Shown here one piece after another: positions 18,166 to 26,166 of a DNA stretch of 34,854 bases. How positions within the stretch are numbered: the first letter of the stretch is position 1; each line of letters opens with the position of its first letter. This DNA is from a virus (Duplodnaviria; Caudoviricetes): positions 1-34,854 of the IMG/VR virus record IMGVR_UViG_3300005764_000045. One strand, 5' to 3'. Position numbers and translations under genes: made by a program. The notes below the pieces were generated by a model that was given only the letters and a program-made list of their open reading frames with translations, was not told the origin of the DNA and did not search any database.

Positions 18166-18662
18166 GGGGCCTCGCCCCCGTCAGCCACGCTGAGCCCCGC
18201 CAGCCATGCCTCGCCCTCAGGCGTGGCCACATACGCGGCACAGGCGGCCTGGAGGCTAGGGCCCATGTACGGCTTGCCGCCTGAGTAGGGCTGACCGTCA
18301 GCGCGGTGCCAGATGTCATGGCCCACCAGGGCGGCATACGCGGCCACCCTGCGGCTGGCGGGCGTGGCCCTGCCCCGCAGTTTGTAATCGGGCCCCTTGA
18401 CCGCCCTGGCCGCCCTGGCCGCCCTGGCCGCCCTGGGCACCACCAGGGGCACCTCAGGGGTATGCCCCGCCGCGAGATAGGGGGCCAGCGCGGCGGCCAG
18501 GTCTGCCTCGTGGTCTTTGGTTAGCTCCAGCCCGACCTGTGCCACCTGCCCGCTGGAGTCGATAAAAGCCAGGGTGACCGTGCCGTCAGCCTGGGTGTCT
18601 ATGCCGCTGGCCGCATCGAGGTCATCCCCCAGCACGATGCTGACCACCGTGCGCTTGCTCAT
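18162..18662 (-). CDS. lsr2: Lsr2-like nucleoid-associated protein with a divergent C-terminus
   Basis: MSKRTVVSIVLGDDLD...ADGTVTLAF...LELTKDHEADLAAALAPYLAAG matches the Lsr2 dimerisation domain; ATG at 18662 overlaps the upstream stop. Confidence 0.8.
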   Translation of the reverse strand: MSKRTVVSIVLGDDLDAASGIDTQADGTVTLAFIDSSGQVAQVGLELTKDHEADLAAALAPYLAAGHTPEVPLVVPRAARAARAARAVKGPDYKLRGRATPASRRVAAYAALVGHDIWHRADGQPYSGGKPYMGPSLQAACAAYVATPEGEAWLAGLSVADGGEAP

Positions 18663-18919
18663 CGCAGGGCCCCCGCATCCAGGGCCAGGCTGATGGCCTG
18701 GGTTACCAGGGCGGTGGGCGCATCCTCCAGCCGCGCGGACCATACCCGCCCAGGGGCGGCCACAAAGATGCCGATGTGGCCGCCTGGGCCCACCCGCACC
18801 CTGACCGCGCCCAGATACCACCACCCAGAATCGAGGCGGGCAAACTTGAGGTTGCGCAGCAGGTTGGTTAGGGCGGCATCGCTGGGCGTGCGGGCTGGTG
18901 CTGGTGCTGGGTTTGTCAT
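18659..18919 (-). CDS. Hypothetical protein
   Basis: RBS-like AAGGGAAG before ATG 18919; first gene of the leftward cassette. Confidence 0.65.
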   Translation of the reverse strand: MTNPAPAPARTPSDAALTNLLRNLKFARLDSGWWYLGAVRVRVGPGGHIGIFVAAPGRVWSARLEDAPTALVTQAISLALDAGALR

Positions 18920-18950
18920 GGCTATGGCTTCCCTTGCGTTGGTTGCCCGC

Positions 18951-19005
18951 AGCTTACGCCTGGCCCAGGTTTGCTGCCCAATCATGCAAAGGGCAAACTG
19001 GCCCC
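18951..19005. promoter_or_regulatory. Putative divergent promoter region with palindromic site GGGCAAACTGGCCC (18991-19004)
   Basis: Leftward -10 TAAGCT (18956-18951); rightward -10 CAAACT 6 nt before ATG 19006 (leaderless geometry). Confidence 0.45.
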
Positions 19006-19296
19006 ATGGGTAACTCTGTCCTGGCCTACTGGGGCCGCGATGTGCGCCTGGTGCGCGCAGAGCTGCACGGGCTGCTGGGCATCCCTGACCAATTCCCGCC
19101 CGCCTCGTGGCTGGTGCGCATCGTCATCACCATTGACGGCATCGAGGCGGTGGCCGGTTATGAGTTTCTTAACGAGGCGGCAGCCCGTGACCTGCTGGTG
19201 ATCGCTGAGCAAGCCCCCATGACCCTGGCCCTGATGGCCGCAGACCTCGTGCGAAACGAGGCGGGCCCGCCACCTGGGGGCGGCCAGGATGGCTGA
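19006..19296 (+). CDS. Hypothetical protein
   Basis: Plausible protein composition; overlaps the next gene start. Confidence 0.55.
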   Translation: MGNSVLAYWGRDVRLVRAELHGLLGIPDQFPPASWLVRIVITIDGIEAVAGYEFLNEAAARDLLVIAEQAPMTLALMAADLVRNEAGPPPGGGQDG

Positions 19297-19723
19297 CGGC
19301 AAGCGGCGGCCAGCAGCCCGCCCGTGCCCCTCGTGCCCTTACCGCCTCGATGCCCCGCCAGGTCTGTGGGCCGCTGACGAATATGACAAACTGCCCCTTT
19401 ACGATCTTGACACCGCTGGCCAGGCTGAGGCTGGCATGTTTGGGGTTTTCTGCTGCCATACCGACCCAGGCCGCCTGTGCGCGGGCTGGGTGGCCACCAT
19501 CGATCTAGACGAATCGCTGGCCCTGCGGGTCAATCACGCCCGCGTTGACCTCGATGCGGTCAGGGCCTACCGCAGCCCCGTGCCCCTGCACCCATCAGGG
19601 CAGGCCGCCGCTGATCATGGCAGGGCTGGGCTGGCAGGCCCGCCCTCGCCCGCCACGGTGGCTAAGGGTGCGCAGGTGGCCAGGATGATTGCGCGACGGG
19701 GGCGGCGTGGCGATGTGCGTTAG
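19289..19723 (+). CDS. DUF6283-like Cys-rich protein
   Basis: RPCPSCPYR..P.GLW..EYDKL..YD...FCCH...LCAGW motif set (recognised from memory). Confidence 0.75.
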   Translation: MADGKRRPAARPCPSCPYRLDAPPGLWAADEYDKLPLYDLDTAGQAEAGMFGVFCCHTDPGRLCAGWVATIDLDESLALRVNHARVDLDAVRAYRSPVPLHPSGQAAADHGRAGLAGPPSPATVAKGAQVARMIARRGRRGDVR

Positions 19724-20018
19724 CCTGCCCCGTTGCTTTAACTGTGAGTGCGACCTGGCCGCCCATGAGCGGCACGGGCCCAGCCTGTGCGCCAACCGCC
19801 GCCGCTGCGGGTGCCCTGGCTGGCTGCCCTACCCCGCGCACTGGGTCACCTACGCCAGCGAGGCCCAGCGGGCCCAGCGGCCAGCCTGCCGCTACGTGTG
19901 CCGCTGCGGCAGGCGGCTGGCTGACGCCCGCGTGGCGGCTGATCACCTGCGGTGGCCTAGTTCTGGCGGGCGTGCCAGGATTGGGCCACCGCCTGCGGGC
20001 GGGGCTGGCCCTGAGTAA
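19713..20018 (+). CDS. Small Cys/His-rich hypothetical protein
   Basis: CxxCxC..H...C...CxC pattern; overlaps the upstream stop. Confidence 0.45.
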   Translation: MCVSLPRCFNCECDLAAHERHGPSLCANRRRCGCPGWLPYPAHWVTYASEAQRAQRPACRYVCRCGRRLADARVAADHLRWPSSGGRARIGPPPAGGAGPE

Positions 20019-20149
20019 CAGTCGGGGCGAGTCTCCAGGGGTCTGCTGGACTGGTGCAGGGCTGGCGCAGTGCGAGGGCAGCCCTGAGGGCGATGTGCCA
20101 GCAGGTGCAGGGCGAGGCGGGCTGTCCTGCCCCACCTCGTGGCCTGCGC

Positions 20150-20211
20150 CGTAGTCAACGGCTGGTTTAACTTTGTTCGTTGGGCTGGAAACTTTCCAGC
20201 CGTTGACTACG
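20150..20211. other. Candidate attP or operator: 16-bp perfect inverted repeat with a 30-bp spacer
   Basis: CGTAGTCAACGGCTGG (20150-20165) and CCAGCCGTTGACTACG (20196-20211); intergenic, about 0.5 kb upstream of the integrase. Confidence 0.5.
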
Positions 20212-20264
20212 TTAGACTGTGCGTAAGCACAGACACCCCAGCTAGACAGGCAGGAACCAACGCC

Positions 20265-20657
20265 ATGATCACCCGTTACGAGGTCACCTACTACGACGCC
20301 ATCGCCCGCTGTGAGCTGGTGCGACGGTTCGACACCCGCGAGGGCGCACAGGAGTTTCTAGACGCTAACGCCCTGGTCTTTGCCCTGCGCAGGGCCAGCG
20401 GTGCGCGCTCCACTGTCGAGGTGGTGACGTTCGGGCCCGCCCCCGTCATCGCCACTGGCAGCCCCACGATCAACCGCGCGATCACTGGTGATGACCTGCT
20501 GACCGCGCTGGCCGCCGTGGCCCCCCCGCACCGCAGCACCGCGCTGGCGGTCTGTGGCGTCAAGATCCTGCGCCAGGCCGCTGACCTGTGCGGCGTGGGT
20601 GACGCTGAGACGCTGACTAAGCGCCAGGCCATCGCTGCCATCATCGAGAATTTCTGA
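20265..20657 (+). CDS. Hypothetical protein
   Basis: AGGA RBS, -10 TAGACT at 20213, hairpin downstream. Confidence 0.75.
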   Translation: MITRYEVTYYDAIARCELVRRFDTREGAQEFLDANALVFALRRASGARSTVEVVTFGPAPVIATGSPTINRAITGDDLLTALAAVAPPHRSTALAVCGVKILRQAADLCGVGDAETLTKRQAIAAIIENF

Positions 20658-20663
20658 CCCCCC

Positions 20664-20696
20664 GCCGCCCGCTGGCCCCTAACGCCAGCGGGCGGC
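20664..20696 (+). terminator. GC-rich hairpin upstream of the integrase
   Basis: 13-bp perfect stem GCCGCCCGCTGGC / GCCAGCGGGCGGC; no U tract. Confidence 0.55.
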
Positions 20697-20736
20697 ACCG
20701 CCCCACCCCCATAGCCTGAGAGAGGCAGCACCACCC

Positions 20737-22353
20737 ATGAACAGAGTAAAGAGCCGTGAGGCCCAGGTCTACACCGTGACCGAGGCAGACCGCTGCCCAG
20801 GCGGCGTGCCTGGCGTCGGTTACGCGCGGCTGAGCAAAGACCCAGGCCGCGATCTGGTGGCGGTCAATGACCAGATTGCGGCCATGCTGCGTGAGGCCCG
20901 CGCCACGGGCGTTGACCTGCTGCGGATCTGGTTTGACGATGACCTGTCAGCGTGGCGGCTGGACGTGCACCGCCCTAGCTGGCACGCCTACCTTGCCGAC
21001 CTGGCCACGGGCACCCTGCGGGTGGCCATGACCTATCACTCTGACCGCCTGGTCAGGAACGGCACCGATGGTGAGGCATTCCTGACCATTGCCCACCGCC
21101 ATGACCTGGCGCTGGTCAGCCCTGGCAAACGCCTGGACCTGGGTGACGCTGACGCGCGTTTCACTGCCAGGATTAACTTTGCCGTGGCGATCAAATCCAG
21201 CGATGACACCAGCCGCCGCCTGCGGGACCGCAAAGACGAGGCCCGCAGGCGGGGCAACCTGCGCTATGTGTTCGGCAGCCGCCCGCCGCTGGGCTTTGAA
21301 ACTGGCGAGGCAGATTGGCAGACCGAAACAGGGGCCAGCCTCATGCTGACCGATGTGGCCCGCCGCGTGCTGGCGGGTGAATCGCTCAGCAGGGCGTTTG
21401 CCGCGCAGGCTGAGTGCTGGCTGCCCGCCTACACCACGAGGGCGGGCACGCTGCCCGCCATCAGGGTGACCGAAAAAATGGTGCGGGCCGCGCTGACCCG
21501 CCCCGCCACCGCTGGGCTGATGACTGACCGCGATGGGGCGATCATGGCGGGCGTGGTCACCACCTGCGCCCGCGACGGGCAGACCCCGCCCCTGGACCCT
21601 GACCTGTGGCGGGCGTTGCAGCCGCGTTTTATCGCGCGCAAGCGCCAGGGTGACCAGCCGCGCGCTGACTACCCGCACGGGCGCAACCTGGCCTGCGAGG
21701 TGTGCGGCAACCAACTGAGCGGCGAATTGACCTATGACCGCCGCATGGTGGGCGGCCACTGGGTCAAGACCGCGCAGGGCAAGCGGCGCAAGGTCGGGGG
21801 CACCTGGCAGGTGGTCAAGACCTCGCCCGCCTACCGCTGCAAAAACCGCCACCTCCAGCCCGATGGCACCTATAACACGCCCTGCCGCCGCGTGGGCATC
21901 AGCGCTGAGGCGGTTGACCGCGTGCTGGGTGAGCTAGTGGTGGAGTGGTCGCAAACCTCGCCGCGCTACACCGCCAGCGCGGTCAACCTCGATGACCTGT
22001 CTGCGCGTGAGGCTGAGCTAGTGGGCGCGCGTGAGGCTGAGGCTGAGGTGGCTAAGGCCCTGGCCGCCAACCTCGCGGGCAAGATCCTGCCGCTGGCTGG
22101 CTATAACGCGGCCATGGCCACGGTGGCCGCCAACCTGGCCGCCATCGAGGCTGAGCTAGCGGACCTGGCCGCCGCGCGGGTCAGGCCCGCCGCTGACCCC
22201 ATCACCCTGGAGGGCTGGGCGGCCATGACCGCTGAGCGTAAGCGGGCCCTGGTGGCTGATGCGTTTGTCACGCCCATCAGGGTGACCCCTGGCAAGGGCG
22301 GGGCCTGCCCCGTGCCCGCCGCTGACCGCCTGCTGGTGGACCCCTTGCCCTGA
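20737..22353 (+). CDS. int: Large serine recombinase (integrase)
   Basis: Catalytic YARLS, DDDLSA, DRLVR; recombinase domain PPLGF; Zn ribbon CEVC...YRC...C; coiled coil. Confidence 0.93.
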   Translation: MNRVKSREAQVYTVTEADRCPGGVPGVGYARLSKDPGRDLVAVNDQIAAMLREARATGVDLLRIWFDDDLSAWRLDVHRPSWHAYLADLATGTLRVAMTYHSDRLVRNGTDGEAFLTIAHRHDLALVSPGKRLDLGDADARFTARINFAVAIKSSDDTSRRLRDRKDEARRRGNLRYVFGSRPPLGFETGEADWQTETGASLMLTDVARRVLAGESLSRAFAAQAECWLPAYTTRAGTLPAIRVTEKMVRAALTRPATAGLMTDRDGAIMAGVVTTCARDGQTPPLDPDLWRALQPRFIARKRQGDQPRADYPHGRNLACEVCGNQLSGELTYDRRMVGGHWVKTAQGKRRKVGGTWQVVKTSPAYRCKNRHLQPDGTYNTPCRRVGISAEAVDRVLGELVVEWSQTSPRYTASAVNLDDLSAREAELVGAREAEAEVAKALAANLAGKILPLAGYNAAMATVAANLAAIEAELADLAAARVRPAADPITLEGWAAMTAERKRALVADAFVTPIRVTPGKGGACPVPAADRLLVDPLP

Positions 22354-22387
22354 CCGATGTGCGCACCGCGTGCGCCAATATGCGAAC

Positions 22388-22426
22388 CCTGGCCTGTGAC
22401 TCGCTGCCTGCGATTCACAGGCCAGG
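22388..22426 (+). terminator. Hairpin after the integrase
   Basis: CCTGGCCTGTGA / TCACAGGCCAGG 12-bp stem plus a TCGC/GCGA inner stem. Confidence 0.6.
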
Positions 22427-22685
22427 CCCTTTACCAGACCTTAATTTCTAGACTTTGCCAAAACTTTACCTTGCTGGCGGCGTGCGCGTTTGACGCCACG
22501 CGGGTCATCCGTATGGCCCAGGTGCCCGCGCGTAATCCGACATATCGGGTCACGATCTGGGCCACCTGGCCCAGACCCCCGATTTACCAGGCGTTTGCGG
22601 GCGGTTGGCCCCCCCGTTGACACCCTTTAACCCGCAGAGGTGGGCTGTTTAGCGAACCTAAACCTGGTAAGAGCAAGGGGGCAAA

Positions 22686-23015
22686 ATGACCACCGCCCTC
22701 AGCGAGGTGGACACCCAGGCCCAAGAGGCAGCGATCCGATACCGCGCAAAGCCCAGGCTGATCAAGGCCAGGGCTGCTGAGCTAGGGCTGGAGCGCATCA
22801 GCGCCAGGGCCCTGGCCGACTATACGGGTCTTAACCGCAAGACCATGGACCGCGTACTGAGCGGCGGCACGGTCAGCAAGCGCACCGCCGACAAGATCCT
22901 GCACTGGCTGGGCCGCGAGGGTGAGCCCCTGGCCGCCCTGTTTGACGCGGTGCTGCCGACGCCTGAGGGCGGCCTGGGCCGCCTCGCTGACCGCCCCGCC
23001 AGCGGTGGAGACTGA
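22686..23015 (+). CDS. XRE/Cro-family HTH DNA-binding protein
   Basis: ISARALADYTGLNRKTMDRVLSG HTH followed by VSKRTADKI; first gene of the early rightward operon. Confidence 0.8.
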   Translation: MTTALSEVDTQAQEAAIRYRAKPRLIKARAAELGLERISARALADYTGLNRKTMDRVLSGGTVSKRTADKILHWLGREGEPLAALFDAVLPTPEGGLGRLADRPASGGD

Positions 23016-23184
23016 CCGCGAGCGGGCAGCCCTAGACCGTGCACGCCAGCGCTTGCGCCAGCAGATCGCTGGGCTGCCCCCGCCTACCGCTGAGGCCATC
23101 GCGCGCACCTCGCTGCTGCTGGCCCTGATACGCCTGGACGGCGCGCGGGCTGACCGCGCTGGCCGCGAGCGGCGGGCGTCGTGA
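23005..23184 (+). CDS. Hypothetical protein
   Basis: Short coupled ORF from GTG 23005. Confidence 0.5.
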   Translation: METDRERAALDRARQRLRQQIAGLPPPTAEAIARTSLLLALIRLDGARADRAGRERRAS

Positions 23185-23951
23185 CGATCACCCGCCGCCA
23201 GCACGGGCGGGGCCACGTTTACGAGGTCAACGGCAAGCGCTACCCAGGCGTAACCACGATCCTGCGCAGCACGCTGGCCAAAGACGCCCTAGTGGGCTGG
23301 GCCGCCCGCACCACCGCCGAATACGCCCTAGACCACTGGGCAGACCTGGACGCCCTCAGGCCCAGCGAACGCCTCAAGCTGATGACGGGGGCCAGCAACG
23401 CCCAGCGGGACGCGGCAGCGGTGCGCGGCACCGCAGTGCACCGCCTGGCTGACCAGATCGTGACCAGCGCGGACCATGACGCGGTGGCGGTGCCCGATGA
23501 CCTGGCCGCCTACGTTGACAGCTACCTGGCGTTTATCGCTGACCACCAGCCTGAGCCCATCGCCACTGAGCTAGTGGTGGCCAACCGCCACGCCCGCTAC
23601 TGCGGCACCGCTGACCTGGTGGCGATCATGCGCGGGGCCACCTGGCTGCTGGAGCTGAAAACCAGCAAGGGCCTGCGGTCTGACAGTGCGCTCCAGGCGT
23701 GCGCCTACCGCCATGGCGAGGTTTACACCCTGCCAGGTGACGAGGGCCGCGAGCGGCCACTGGCTGAGCTAGGCATCACCCGCACGGGCGTGGTGCACAT
23801 CAGGGCGGGCGGGTATGACCTGCGCCCGCTGGACACTGGCCCCACCACCTGGGATTACTTCAAACGCCTGGCCTGGCTTTACCACCACGCTGACCGCGCT
23901 GAGGGCTGGGTGGGCGAGGCAATCCAGCCCGCAAGGGCCCTGGCCTCATGA
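23181..23951 (+). CDS. PD-(D/E)XK exonuclease (Cas4/RecE-like recombination nuclease)
   Basis: YPGVTTIL, RGTAVH, GTADL, ELKTS, LQACAY motifs. Confidence 0.88.
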   Translation: MTITRRQHGRGHVYEVNGKRYPGVTTILRSTLAKDALVGWAARTTAEYALDHWADLDALRPSERLKLMTGASNAQRDAAAVRGTAVHRLADQIVTSADHDAVAVPDDLAAYVDSYLAFIADHQPEPIATELVVANRHARYCGTADLVAIMRGATWLLELKTSKGLRSDSALQACAYRHGEVYTLPGDEGRERPLAELGITRTGVVHIRAGGYDLRPLDTGPTTWDYFKRLAWLYHHADRAEGWVGEAIQPARALAS

Positions 23952-24181
23952 GCGGCGGCTGGGCCTCGCCCGGTCAGCTTGCCGCGCTGGCCGCCACCGC
24001 CCGCCGCCGCCTGGGCCTGCGCGACCGTGACGCCCGCCTGGATTGGTGCGAGGCCCGCGTGGGCCGCCGCCTTGACACCAGCCTGGAGCTAACCGCCCAC
24101 GAGGCTGCCGCCCTGCTGATCAATCTGAGCCGCGCGCACCTTCCCCGATGCGCGCGGCCTGAGCGGAGGCTAACACGATGA
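23948..24181 (+). CDS. Small protein resembling the C-terminal domain of the downstream RecT-like protein
   Basis: Shared pattern Q..L...LGL.[DE]RD..L...VGR...S..LTA.EA. Confidence 0.65.
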   Translation: MSGGWASPGQLAALAATARRRLGLRDRDARLDWCEARVGRRLDTSLELTAHEAAALLINLSRAHLPRCARPERRLTR

Positions 24182-25203
24182 CCGCGCCGACCATGGAGCG
24201 CGACCTGACCGCCACCAGTGACCTGATGCTGTGGGCGGCTGAGGCTGAGGCTGCGGCGGGCATCGCCCGCAGCGTGGCCGCCACCTCGTTTGTGCCCGAA
24301 TCACTCAAGGTCAGGCAGCGCAAAGACGGGCCCCTGGATCTTGACGCCACCGTGGCCCAGGTGGCCGCCGCGCTGCTGACCGGGCAAGAGCTGGGCCTGG
24401 GCCCCATGGCCTCGCTGCGGGCCATCGTGATCATCCCGCCCGTTACCGGCAGCCCCGCGCTGCTGGCGGTGGCCCTGCGCGCTTTGCTCCAGCAGCACGG
24501 GCACGAGGTCTGGCTGGTGGAGCAATCTGACAGCCGCGTGATCATGGACGGGCTGAGGGCTGGGTCTGATCACGTCCAGCGGGTGGTCTGGACGATTGAC
24601 CGCGCCCGCGCCCTGAAGATCGCAGGGTTTGACTCGCCTATGGGCAACTGGGTGCGCCAGCCCGCCAACATGCTGACCGCCCGCTGCACCGCTGAGCTTG
24701 CCCGCCTCATTGCCGCTGACGTGATCATGGGCCTGCCCGTGATCGCTGAGGAATTGCTAGACGGCACCAGCGACGATGATGGCCCGCCGCTGGCTGCTGA
24801 TGGTGAGTCTGCCACTGCCCCGACCGCCGCAGGGCAGGCCCGCCGCCGCGCCACCCGCCGCGCTGCGCCAGCCCGCAGGCGTGGTGGCGCTGCCCTGGCC
24901 CTGGCTGCCCCCGCCCCCACGGGGCCAGCAGGTGAGGCCCAGGGCCCCAGCGGGCCCGCTGCCCCGCCCATGATCGATGCGCGGCAGCGGGCCCGCCTGT
25001 GGGCTGGCCTCAAGGGCCTGGGCCTGACCGAGCGTGACGAGGCCCTGGCCCAGGTGTCTGCCTGGGTGGGCCGCGAGGTGCCCAGCAGCAACGCGCTGAC
25101 CGCAACCGAGGCCAGCACCGCGCTGGAGGCCATTGACGCTGAGGGCGAGCGGCGGGCCGCGCAGGCCGCGCAGGACGAGGCAGGGGGCCCCGACGATGAC
25201 TAG
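24178..25203 (+). CDS. RecT-like ssDNA annealing protein
   Basis: SFVP, GQELGLGPMASL, WTIDRA, P.NML.AR...R...DVIMG...EEL motifs; adjacent to the exonuclease. Confidence 0.8.
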   Translation: MTAPTMERDLTATSDLMLWAAEAEAAAGIARSVAATSFVPESLKVRQRKDGPLDLDATVAQVAAALLTGQELGLGPMASLRAIVIIPPVTGSPALLAVALRALLQQHGHEVWLVEQSDSRVIMDGLRAGSDHVQRVVWTIDRARALKIAGFDSPMGNWVRQPANMLTARCTAELARLIAADVIMGLPVIAEELLDGTSDDDGPPLAADGESATAPTAAGQARRRATRRAAPARRRGGAALALAAPAPTGPAGEAQGPSGPAAPPMIDARQRARLWAGLKGLGLTERDEALAQVSAWVGREVPSSNALTATEASTALEAIDAEGERRAAQAAQDEAGGPDDD

Positions 25204-25492
25204 CCCCTGCCTGTGCAGGCACCCCCGCCGCGAGCACACCAGGCGGCACGGGTGCATTAACTGCCCGTGCCCCGCCTATCAGTCGCGCGGGCTGGTCAGC
25301 CCCGCCGCTGCCGACGCCATAGGCGTGGCCCTGGTGGGCGGTGGCGCAGCGGCCTGGTGGCTGGCAGACCTGCCGCTGGTGGCCGCCGTGCTGCTGCTGG
25401 CGGGCGTGGCCTGCGGGTGGCGGGCCCAGCAGGCCCGTAAGGATGCCGCCGCCGCAGCGGCGGCCTGGCGCACGCCTGGGGGCACGAGGTGA
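25196..25492 (+). CDS. Membrane protein with an N-terminal Zn-binding motif
   Basis: CLCRH...H...CINCPC followed by two hydrophobic segments. Confidence 0.6.
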   Translation: MTSPCLCRHPRREHTRRHGCINCPCPAYQSRGLVSPAAADAIGVALVGGGAAAWWLADLPLVAAVLLLAGVACGWRAQQARKDAAAAAAAWRTPGGTR

Positions 25493-26166
25493 CCACCGCC
25501 CTGCTGCGCGAACCGTCCAACATTGCCGCGCTGCCCCATGACCGCCACGGGCGGCCTGTGCCCTGGTTTGCGGCCTGGCTAGACGAGGCTGGCCGCCACG
25601 CCCGCCCCGCCCCCGACACCTCGCCAGATTTTCGCGTGGTGCGCCCTGGCGCGACCGTGGCCGCCTGGGCGTCACGCCTGTGCTGGGTCTGCGGGCGGGC
25701 CCTGGCCAGGCAGGAGCCCCGCGCGTTTGTGATCGGGCCAATGTGCGCCGTCAATCTGATCAGCGCAGAGCCCCCCGCCCACCATGAGTGCGCGGTCTAC
25801 TCAGCGCGGGCCTGCCCGTTCCTGGCCACGCCCAATATGGTGCGCCGTGACCGCCACCTGCCGCAGGGCACGGTCATGCCGCCAGGTGAGATGATCATGC
25901 GCAACCCAGGCGTGGTGGCGGTCTGGGTGGTCAAGTACAACCGCCCCACCGCCCGCGCGGTGGGCAGTGACCTGCTATTCAACATCGGGCACCCGCCTAT
26001 GTGGGTGGAGTGGTACGCCCGCGCCAGGCCCGCCACCCGCAGCGAGGTGCTGGCCAGCATCACCAGCGGCCTGCCCGCCCTGGCTGAGCGGTGCGAGGGC
26101 AACCCCTCAGCGCTGGCAGACCTGCGCGCGTGCCACGCCCGCGCGCTTGAGGTGGTGCCCCGTTGA
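25489..26166 (+). CDS. Conserved phage hypothetical protein (Cys/His motifs)
   Basis: PVPWF, LCWVCG, IGPMCAVN, EPPAHHECA.YS..ACPFL. Confidence 0.75.
   Translation: MTTALLREPSNIAALPHDRHGRPVPWFAAWLDEAGRHARPAPDTSPDFRVVRPGATVAAWASRLCWVCGRALARQEPRAFVIGPMCAVNLISAEPPAHHECAVYSARACPFLATPNMVRRDRHLPQGTVMPPGEMIMRNPGVVAVWVVKYNRPTARAVGSDLLFNIGHPPMWVEWYARARPATRSEVLASITSGLPALAERCEGNPSALADLRACHARALEVVPR

Noticed and set aside
18663-18824. Upstream 54-aa extension of the Lsr2 ORF in the track
   Set aside because: Overlaps the upstream gene; Lsr2 similarity begins at ATG 18662 with ATGA coupling
20019-20149. Imperfect GC hairpins upstream of the attP candidate
   Set aside because: Short, bulged stems expected by chance at this GC content
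20947-21852. 301-aa antisense ORF inside the integrase
   Set aside because: Typical stop-poor antisense frame of high-GC genes; no motifs
22441-22623. Leftward 60-aa ORF as a possible immunity repressor
   Set aside because: No HTH pattern, no RBS, overlaps hairpins
23181-23951. Cas4-like nuclease as evidence of a CRISPR system
   Set aside because: Sits with a RecT-like gene as a standard phage recombination module; no array or other cas genes
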